This document shows, piece by piece, positions 43,798 through 51,464 of a stretch of DNA of 64,000 nucleotides; position 1 is the stretch's first letter; every line of letters starts with the position of its first letter. The notes below the pieces were generated by a model that searched no databases, was not told where the DNA came from, and worked only from the letters and a program-made list of their open reading frames with translations. Made by a program: the position numbers and the translations under genes. The stretch lies in assembly GCA_902780865.1 (NCBI GenBank), contig CACZHC010000011.1, positions 2,898 through 66,897 of the forward strand, read 5' to 3'. This DNA comes from an uncultured bacterium (GTDB taxonomy: Bacteria > Verrucomicrobiota > Kiritimatiellia > RFP12 > UBA1067).

Positions 43798-46398
43798 TCA
43801 TCTGACGACTACCACAAGTCCGCCGCTCTTGCCAAGCGAGAAAGTCGTGGCATAGCCAGGGTTCGTCTGGTTGCTGGAATCGTCGACCTTCTTGATGGAC
43901 AAGACATTGTACTCATTGTTCTCGTATGGGCTGGCCAAGAAGGAATACTGCAAATCGTCGCCGGATCGCAGAACCTGCATTCCCCACTGGCTGGAAATCG
44001 CCTCTTCAAGCCCCTTCCAGTCTCCATATTCCGATGTAAACGTGGTGGTTCCGTCAGCAAGGCGAAGGTCCGCGCCAAAGAGTATCGTTGCAGTCGGATA
44101 ATTGGTTTTTAGCTTGTTGATCGTCGAAACCGACAACGACAGATAATCCTTGACGTTCTTGGTTGGGTTGAAGAACCCGCAGACGAGAAGATATATGTTC
44201 TGGGTATCCTTCTCCTTGACAGGCACCCAGGCGAAGGTGGCATTGGAAGCCGGCATGGCTGTAGACGCAGGACCGAACGCTTCGAATCTCGAGGACTTGA
44301 AGAAGAACACTCGCCCGCTTGCGTCTGAAGACCCGTTGCTGCCGGTATAGACGCAGTCATATCCCTCAATATTGGCCATCATTGTCTGCAGCAGTGTTGA
44401 GCTCAGGCCAAACCCCGAAAACACGCAGACATCCGGGTTAGTCGCCTCGAACGCCGCCGCAATGCCCTTGCTGCGCGCAGACACACTCGATACGTTGATG
44501 CTTTTCAGATTCCACTGAAAGAGGGTGAGCTGCCTCACATAAGGCTCCTTTTCAGCCTTCCAAAGCGCCGTCATCGTGATGTCTTTGTCGTGGATAGTCC
44601 CCACATCCGTATAGATCCCGTCGAGAGACCACCCAGAGAAGACAAAGCCACTTAGCAAGGGAACGGGAAGATCAAACAGCGAATAGACGTTCCCGGTGAC
44701 GGAAGCGCACGGCGTTCCACCGCAAGTGTCAAACGCGACCGTATACTGCAGCGGCGCATACTTCGCGTACACAATTGTGTTCTCGACGATGTTGTCAAAC
44801 GATGCACTCCAGCCCGCAAAGGAATAATGCGTGCGCTCGGGGTCCGCCGGCGCCGTAGCGGACGAACCGGGAGATACAGCCTCCTGACCGAGTATCGCCC
44901 CGTCCCAGTCCCGGAAGACAACGAGCCGGCGGTCTGCGGACGGAACGAACGCAAGAAGCTCGGGACGCCCGTCCGTTCCAGAGACCCACGGCAGATACGA
45001 AAGGTCCGCACCTGCAACATCGTTTAGACCTGCCAACGCATCAGCGTCATCTGCAGTCTTCATGTTGCGCTGCGTGGGAACCTTGGGTGTTGCAGAAGCA
45101 TAGATTGTTGATGTCTTCGTCCAGCAGTTGTCGAACAGCCCAGCGTCCGTTGCGCTGGTGTTGTATGTCAAGGAAGCTGTCATCTCGCCCCAGGAACCAG
45201 TGGCGGCAACCGTTCCGTAAGAAGCGCAGTTCAGGAAGTGGAAGTACCCGGTCGCCCAACCGATGTTCGTGTCGATTTTACCGCACAACCCGCCTGCGGA
45301 GCTTCCGCCGTCCACCGAACCGTAGTTGGCGCAGTTGCGGAAAGTCAAGTCGCGTGTATTCGCCTCGCCGCTCATGTACGTGCCCCAGAAGCCTGCTAAC
45401 CCTCCGGCGTATTTGGCCTTGCCGTCGGTACCAATCGCCCCGTAGTTTGCACAGCCGTCAAAAACCGCAGACACGCTGGACGTGCCCTGCCCGACAATGC
45501 CGCCGATTGCGGAGCACGACGACGCGGTTATGATCGACCCAAGGTTGATGCAGTCTATGAAATAAGATCTGTTGCCGTATTCCTTGTGATTCCCGAAGGC
45601 TATATAGCCAACAAGTCCGCCCGCATTGACGCTCCCGCCTGTCACCGTAATGTCGCCTTTGTTGACGCAACCGATAAAGACAAAGCGCGTGATTGTCGCC
45701 TTGCCGCCAGTAAGGGCGCCGACAAATCCTCCCGACCCCCAGCTGGAATTGTTGTCCCCTCCCACGGAAAATGACACGTCGTTCGTGCAAGAGTCAAAAG
45801 TCACCACGACGCCGTCGGATTCGTCCTTTGTCGCAACACCAACGAAACCTCCCACCATCGCATTCGCCTTCCCGTTCTTGGAGAGCGAGCATGATGCGTC
45901 GGTGGCGCATCGCTCAAACAGAGTCCCCGCATATGCCGCCCCGGCAAAAAGGCCGATGCCGACACCGCCAACGTTGCCGGTGCTATGCTTGATCGTATAC
46001 CCCTTCACCGTAACGCCGCTGAACGTGCCGGAATGGGCGCCTTTGCAGATTGCGCCGTATCCGGTGCCTGTCATAGTCGTGTTGGCGGAATCCAAAGATC
46101 CATCAACGACAATGTTCTTGATCGTCCCTTGGAACTTGTCGAACAAAGGCGTGGAGCCCCTCCAGGAAAGAACGTGTCCGTTGCCGTCGATAACGCCTTT
46201 GAAGGCCGGCAGCATAGCATAGTCAGTCGATGAAAGATCCATGTCGGCTGTTAGCGTGTATGAGCCGGCAGGATCATCCACAAGCGCCGCCGCAAGGTCG
46301 GCCGCAGTGGAAATGTCAACCGCATAGGCGAAAACGGAATTGAGAAGCAGGCCCGCCGCGAAGAGGAACGTCGTCAATCTAAGGGTTTTCATAGACAC
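43798..46398 (-). CDS. secreted GLUG-repeat protein with Listeria-Bacteroides repeats, C-terminal EEP-like domain and ...GKSGGLVVVVR tail
   Basis: 866-aa ORF. The head motif is DISTAADLAAALVDDPAGSYTLTADMDLS. It has GG(F/L)VG repeats and ...HYSFAGW.../...GFVFSGW... repeats. The C-terminal ~250 aa begin LTLFQWNLKS (weak call as an endonuclease/exonuclease/phosphatase-like domain). Confidence 0.65.
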   Translation of the reverse strand: MSMKTLRLTTFLFAAGLLLNSVFAYAVDISTAADLAAALVDDPAGSYTLTADMDLSSTDYAMLPAFKGVIDGNGHVLSWRGSTPLFDKFQGTIKNIVVDGSLDSANTTMTGTGYGAICKGAHSGTFSGVTVKGYTIKHSTGNVGGVGIGLFAGAAYAGTLFERCATDASCSLSKNGKANAMVGGFVGVATKDESDGVVVTFDSCTNDVSFSVGGDNNSSWGSGGFVGALTGGKATITRFVFIGCVNKGDITVTGGSVNAGGLVGYIAFGNHKEYGNRSYFIDCINLGSIITASSCSAIGGIVGQGTSSVSAVFDGCANYGAIGTDGKAKYAGGLAGFWGTYMSGEANTRDLTFRNCANYGSVDGGSSAGGLCGKIDTNIGWATGYFHFLNCASYGTVAATGSWGEMTASLTYNTSATDAGLFDNCWTKTSTIYASATPKVPTQRNMKTADDADALAGLNDVAGADLSYLPWVSGTDGRPELLAFVPSADRRLVVFRDWDGAILGQEAVSPGSSATAPADPERTHYSFAGWSASFDNIVENTIVYAKYAPLQYTVAFDTCGGTPCASVTGNVYSLFDLPVPLLSGFVFSGWSLDGIYTDVGTIHDKDITMTALWKAEKEPYVRQLTLFQWNLKSINVSSVSARSKGIAAAFEATNPDVCVFSGFGLSSTLLQTMMANIEGYDCVYTGSNGSSDASGRVFFFKSSRFEAFGPASTAMPASNATFAWVPVKEKDTQNIYLLVCGFFNPTKNVKDYLSLSVSTINKLKTNYPTATILFGADLRLADGTTTFTSEYGDWKGLEEAISSQWGMQVLRSGDDLQYSFLASPYENNEYNVLSIKKVDDSSNQTNPGYATTFSLGKSGGLVVVVR

Positions 46399-46463
46399 CT
46401 CCTATGCCTCGTAAACATCTTAACAAAAATTGAATGAATTACACAAGAAGAAAGACCGCCCCC

Positions 46464-46484
46464 CAGTTATTACCTCGATTACTG
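46464..46484 (-). promoter_or_regulatory. degenerate copy of the TAATTGAG-type element upstream of the third GLUG gene
   Basis: cagttattacctcgattactg matches 16 of 21 positions of 54422-54442 by hand alignment. It overlaps the stop codon of the upstream gene at the same relative position as the 54419 copy. Confidence 0.35.
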
Positions 46485-47744
46485 CCCCAGACATTGCTTC
46501 GACGGCGCGGTTGGGATCTGCCGCTCGCGCTTGAGGTCCAGGAGAAGCTCGAGATAGTAGTAGTCGCCGTAGTTCAGCGGAACGTCGATGTCGGCACCGT
46601 CTGGCTTCGAAGCGACGGCGTGCTTGAGGACAAACCCGCCGATTTCCGTCGGCTTCGCGAAGTAGGCGTCGGACGAGAGGGATTTGGCGATCTTGAGCGC
46701 CTCGGCGCGATAGCGCGCGGCCTTCTCCTTGTCGGGGCAGATCTTCGAGAGCTTCAGGAATCCGCACCCGAGCACGGCAGCCGCGGAGGAATCGCGCTCT
46801 TCGTTCGGAATGTTCGGCGCCTCGTAGTCCCAATACGGAATCCTGTCTTCAGGCACGTTCTTTTCGTTCAGCGCGTAGTCGGCGACCTTGATCGCCGCAT
46901 CGAGGAAACGCTGCTCGCGCGTGAAGGAATACATCATTGGGAATCCGTACACGACCCAGCCCTGCCCGCGGCTCCAGTGGCCGACGCCCTGCCCGTTCAG
47001 GTGCTTTATGAGCTCGCCGGTCTTGAAGTCGAGGAGCGCGAAGTGGTACGACGAGCCGTCTGGCCTAAGCAGGTACTTGATCGTCGTGTCCGCATGGGCC
47101 TCGGCCATGTCGCGGAAAACTCCGCCGTCAAGCCAGTCGCGCGGCTGCCCTTCCCAGCCCTCGCACGGAAACTTCCCCGCCCACTCGAGAAGCTCAAGGT
47201 TTAGCATGCAGTCGACGATTACCGAGCAGCTGTCGGCCCACTTCCCGTCCCAGTTCCCCCACACCTGGATCGCCTGGCAGCGCGGACGCCAGCGCGTGCA
47301 GAGCGTGCGCGCGGCGTCGTAGAGATAGCCGGCGTACTTCCTGTCTCCGGTAATGCGGTAGGCGTTCCATGCCGACGGCAGGAACATGAAGCCGAGATCG
47401 TGGTGGAGGTTGGACGTGCGTATGTGCGCCTGCTCCTCGGTATACTTCTCGGCAAGCGCACGCCACTTCGCGTCGCCAGTCGCCTCGTGGAGATACCAGA
47501 GACACCCCTGGAAGAATCCGCTGCACCAGTCCCAGTCCTTGCATAAGACGACCTTCCCGTTCCTGAACGTCTTCGGATAGGGCGCCTCCTTCGTGTAGCC
47601 GAGCTTCGCGTTCTCCGCAAGCACGGTGTAGTTCGTGCCGAACCGCGCAATCGCGGAGTCGACCCAGGCAAGGTCCTCCGCGGCGAACGCACACGCCACG
47701 GACATTGCCGTCACCAGAAAAACGAGGGCATGCTTTGTTGTCAT
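46479..47744 (-). CDS. GH88 unsaturated glucuronyl hydrolase family protein, secreted
   Basis: 421-aa ORF with a signal peptide. ...WDWCSGFFQGCLWYLHEATGD... and ...HHDLGFMFLPS... are typical GH88 signatures. Confidence 0.75.
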   Translation of the reverse strand: MTTKHALVFLVTAMSVACAFAAEDLAWVDSAIARFGTNYTVLAENAKLGYTKEAPYPKTFRNGKVVLCKDWDWCSGFFQGCLWYLHEATGDAKWRALAEKYTEEQAHIRTSNLHHDLGFMFLPSAWNAYRITGDRKYAGYLYDAARTLCTRWRPRCQAIQVWGNWDGKWADSCSVIVDCMLNLELLEWAGKFPCEGWEGQPRDWLDGGVFRDMAEAHADTTIKYLLRPDGSSYHFALLDFKTGELIKHLNGQGVGHWSRGQGWVVYGFPMMYSFTREQRFLDAAIKVADYALNEKNVPEDRIPYWDYEAPNIPNEERDSSAAAVLGCGFLKLSKICPDKEKAARYRAEALKIAKSLSSDAYFAKPTEIGGFVLKHAVASKPDGADIDVPLNYGDYYYLELLLDLKRERQIPTAPSKQCLGQ

Positions 47745-47766
47745 GGACTTTTCCTCTTAATTCTTG

Positions 47767-50700
47767 TTACCTGATGCGCTCGACCTTCACCTTCGGATCG
47801 GCGACGACTATGTAGTCGACGTTGAGCCCGCCTCCGCCGACGTTGGTCATGCGAATCGTATTATCGCCCTGGCGCAGCCGGAACGTCATCGGGCGCGACT
47901 TGTCCGCGGGATCGGGAATCGCAACAAGCCGCCAGTCATCGGTTCCGTTGGAGAACCCGCCCGTGGCAGGGAAGGAGAACGCACCAAGCTCGACGACCGG
48001 TTCTCCGTTCACCGCGACCTCGCGCGTGCGGTCCTTGTCGGCACAACCGCAGAGAAGCACCTGGTAGTAGGCGTCCTTCGGCACGGACACCTTCCACTCG
48101 AGCCAATGCCCTTCGTTGTCCCACCTGAAGATCGAAGACCCGACGGCGGCCGTCTTCTTGTCGCTTGCGCGCACCTCTCCGCCGCCCTGCGCCGCGAAGT
48201 CCTCCGCCTGCACGACGGCCTTGAATCCCTCGGGCGCGGGAAGCTTCGCGGCCTCGTCGCGGCGCTTCTTCGCCTGCGCCTCGCGCTCCGCGGCGATCTT
48301 CGCCTCCTTCGCCGCGGCCTCCTCTGCGAGCCGCTTGAGCTCCGCCTTCCTGAACTCGGCGATCGGCTGCGCCCCCTTGGGGACGATCTCCTTCGTCTCG
48401 CCGGCCTTCAAGTCGAACGACTTGCCTTCAGGGATCGAGAGTGAGACCTTCGCGGCAGATGCGCCGCAGTTGCGGACAAGCACGCTCCCCGTCTCGGTGC
48501 GCTCGACGAGAGCTGCGCCGGGAATGGATGTCTCGAGCGAAAACCGCCCCGCCTTAATCTTCGTGCCGCCGGCAAACGCGATCGCGCGCATCGAACCGTC
48601 CTTCGCAAGCGAGACAAACGCCTGCTGCGCATCGGTCTCGACGCCGCCTATCGTCCGTGAACCGTCCTTGATAGAGGCGTAGCAGAAGTCGCGTCCGCCA
48701 TCGGAAAGCGACAGCACAAGCGTCGCATAGCCCTTCTCGAGCCCGCCCGACTGCCGCACTTCGCGCACGAAGCCGGAACCTGAGATGTCAATCACGTTGC
48801 CGAAGACCGTCGACTTCGTCTTCCGGCGCTCGAAGATAGGCGTCTCCAACTCGCGCCTCGGCTGCGCCTTGCCGAAGACGAACTCCGTGTCCTCGCCTCC
48901 AGCGAAGAGGAGACGGAGCTCGCGGTCGTTGTTGCGGAACTTCGCGACTACGCCGGACGTTCCCGAAACCGACTTCATGTCCTTGAGCTCGTTGTATCCA
49001 GGGCTGCGCGGCTCGGGAATACTGAACGGCTTTGCCTCGCCGGTCACGCCCTCGCAGCTCCCGCGCGGATGCCACGTGAGGTCGTAGACGCGCTCGAGCA
49101 TTCCGATTGCGGCGAACAAGTCCGCCACATATCCGCGCGTCATGAAGAGCGACCTGTCCATCGTGACGCCGGGATACGCTTCGTCGGTCCTGCCGCGCAT
49201 AATGCCGAACGCATCGCCCGCCGCATACGTGAGAAGCTCCGCGCCGCAGGCGGCCTGCTCCTGCATGTCGACGTTCAGCGTGTTGTGAGCGAACGTCGTG
49301 TGGTACCAGTTGCGGTATATCGGGTCTTCGTACCATGCCGTCCCCGGGTCGGGCACCTGAAGCGCGCCGAACGCCCACAGGTCGATGTTGAGCTTGTCGG
49401 GATGTCCGTGCGAGCGGTTGGGCCCGTAGTCGAGGAGGAGGTTCCGCGTGCCCTCTCCGTCGGTGACGCGAAGGACGCCGTAACCGACGCCGTTCAGGTT
49501 GACGCTCTCCGGCGCGACGACCTCGCCTGCCGACGAAAGATCCACGTCGTACAGCGTGGAGATCGTGAAGAGCTGGAAGCCCGCCATGAGCCGGCGCTTG
49601 ATGCGCCGAAGGACCTCGAGGTACTTTGGGTCGCGGTAGCGCAGGTAACCGTACTCGTAGAGGTCGGAGTTGTAGCCGACAAGCGAGGCGTTGCCCGAGT
49701 CGTGGATCGCCGGCGAGACGAGGTTCGGATAGCTGAAGTAGAGCGGCGAGTCGAACACGCACTTCAGCGCGCAACCGCGATAGCGGTAGAGGTCGATGCC
49801 GTGATGCCACAGCATCTCCGCGTCCACGACGAGCGCCTGGAGCGCCATGAACTGATACCCCATCGCACCCTCGCACCACATGCCGTCCACGTCGATGGAC
49901 TTCCCCGAGAAATGAAGCTCCACGCCGCTCGGCTGCGGGTTGGGCGTTCCCTCCCACCACTTGTTCGGCAACGGCAGCGGTTCGCCCTTGCGTTTCGGAC
50001 GGCGCTCTGTCCAGTTGACGCCGTAGAGCGCGGTGTTGACGAGATCCTCGTCGTCGCACGCAAGCCCTGCAGCGAGTATGGCCGCGGTGCCGATAGCGGA
50101 CCAGTTCGTGGCGCTCCTCAAATGCGCCCTGTTCTGGCGGATGAACCGACCCGATCCCGCGACGAGGTCGTCTGCGATGTGGCGCCTGTCGGCATCGGAG
50201 AAGCACTTCGACTCGCGCACGAAGTCATAGCCGATTGCGACCTGGATGAGCCACGTCGCGTCGCTGAGCCGCTGGTCGAACACCTTGGAGGGATCGTGCG
50301 AGAAACCATGGCGCGCACCAACGCCGTAGTTGGGCCATGCGTCGGCGTATGCAATGAGCAGTTTCCTCGCGTACTCGGCGTACTTCTCGTCGCCGAAAAG
50401 CTGGTAGGCCGTACCGAGGTTCGCGATGTCGAGGGAAAGGTTGTTGTGTGTCTTCCCGACCTTGGAGTCGGAGATGTGTTCCCACTTCCCGTCCGCGCCC
50501 TTTACGGGCTGCGGGACGGCGACGGGCTGCGCGATGCGGCGGTCCATCGCAATGCGCAGCGCGGCCGCCTGCTCGCGGAGGGTCTCGGACGTCTTCATCA
50601 TCGAGCGGAACCTGGCGACGTCCTCCTTGTCCCATGTCGTACAGGGATGTCCCTTCGACATGCGGGGCTTTCCATGCACTTCGACCGCGCCGCGCGCGCC

Positions 50701-51339
50701 GGTTCCAGTCGGCATCACGGCGTTCGCGATCGGTGCGACCGAATACTCCTTGGGCGCGGCGATCAGCGCGGAGACGTCCGTCGTCGACATGACGCGCACG
50801 CGCGCCCAGCCACCGTAGGCCGGACCCTCCTTGCCGTCAGGGAGCTTGCGCTTCGGATACGTCGAAATGCACTTGATCGACACGGCCGAGCCCTTCGCCT
50901 TGACGGGAATCTCCTGGTACTTCCCGGGGAGTTCCTCGAGGTCAAGCGTCTTGACGACCTTGCCGTCGACCGCGATCTCGGCCTTCTTCACGCACATCGT
51001 GCCGTGGTAGTCAAGCTGCATCAGGTCGATGCGCTCGATCGCGCAAGGCGCGACGAGGGAAATCACGAGCGTTCCGCCCTCCATCGGCGCGCCGAAGAGC
51101 GTGCCGCCCCGCATGTTGCGCGGATCTTCCTTTGGAATCGCCCGCAGCCCGGGCCAGTCCTTGTTGCACGGCGCCCCGGTCGTGACCGCCGTCGCGCCGA
51201 GCGAGGCCTGCGCGACGTTGAACAGTTCCTCGGCAGACGTTGTAGTTGAAAGAACGCAAGCGGCAAAGGCCAGCAAGGACTTTCTGAAAAGACGAGTTGC
51301 CGCGTGCGGAGTCCCTTCAAAGTTTATTTTCGCTGCCAT
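47767..51339 (-). CDS. secreted polysaccharide lyase of the heparinase II/III (alginate-lyase-fold) type with N-terminal F5/8-like and C-terminal CBM6/35-like modules
   Basis: 1190-aa ORF. ...GPNRSHGHPDKLNIDLWAFG... is the heparinase II/III signature. A coiled KE/A-rich linker follows, then ...VVQAEDFAAQGGGEVRASDKK... (CBM-like). Confidence 0.65.
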   Translation of the reverse strand: MAAKINFEGTPHAATRLFRKSLLAFAACVLSTTTSAEELFNVAQASLGATAVTTGAPCNKDWPGLRAIPKEDPRNMRGGTLFGAPMEGGTLVISLVAPCAIERIDLMQLDYHGTMCVKKAEIAVDGKVVKTLDLEELPGKYQEIPVKAKGSAVSIKCISTYPKRKLPDGKEGPAYGGWARVRVMSTTDVSALIAAPKEYSVAPIANAVMPTGTGARGAVEVHGKPRMSKGHPCTTWDKEDVARFRSMMKTSETLREQAAALRIAMDRRIAQPVAVPQPVKGADGKWEHISDSKVGKTHNNLSLDIANLGTAYQLFGDEKYAEYARKLLIAYADAWPNYGVGARHGFSHDPSKVFDQRLSDATWLIQVAIGYDFVRESKCFSDADRRHIADDLVAGSGRFIRQNRAHLRSATNWSAIGTAAILAAGLACDDEDLVNTALYGVNWTERRPKRKGEPLPLPNKWWEGTPNPQPSGVELHFSGKSIDVDGMWCEGAMGYQFMALQALVVDAEMLWHHGIDLYRYRGCALKCVFDSPLYFSYPNLVSPAIHDSGNASLVGYNSDLYEYGYLRYRDPKYLEVLRRIKRRLMAGFQLFTISTLYDVDLSSAGEVVAPESVNLNGVGYGVLRVTDGEGTRNLLLDYGPNRSHGHPDKLNIDLWAFGALQVPDPGTAWYEDPIYRNWYHTTFAHNTLNVDMQEQAACGAELLTYAAGDAFGIMRGRTDEAYPGVTMDRSLFMTRGYVADLFAAIGMLERVYDLTWHPRGSCEGVTGEAKPFSIPEPRSPGYNELKDMKSVSGTSGVVAKFRNNDRELRLLFAGGEDTEFVFGKAQPRRELETPIFERRKTKSTVFGNVIDISGSGFVREVRQSGGLEKGYATLVLSLSDGGRDFCYASIKDGSRTIGGVETDAQQAFVSLAKDGSMRAIAFAGGTKIKAGRFSLETSIPGAALVERTETGSVLVRNCGASAAKVSLSIPEGKSFDLKAGETKEIVPKGAQPIAEFRKAELKRLAEEAAAKEAKIAAEREAQAKKRRDEAAKLPAPEGFKAVVQAEDFAAQGGGEVRASDKKTAAVGSSIFRWDNEGHWLEWKVSVPKDAYYQVLLCGCADKDRTREVAVNGEPVVELGAFSFPATGGFSNGTDDWRLVAIPDPADKSRPMTFRLRQGDNTIRMTNVGGGGLNVDYIVVADPKVKVERIR

Positions 51340-51464
51340 TGTATTTGTCCCTCCTTTTGCTGTTGTTCAAATTCTGGAATTCTCCAGTGCGCAACCATTA
51401 TATACTTTCGCGAAAGGCCTGTCTATTGTAAAAATTGAAACTTAAGATTATAATATGTGTAGCA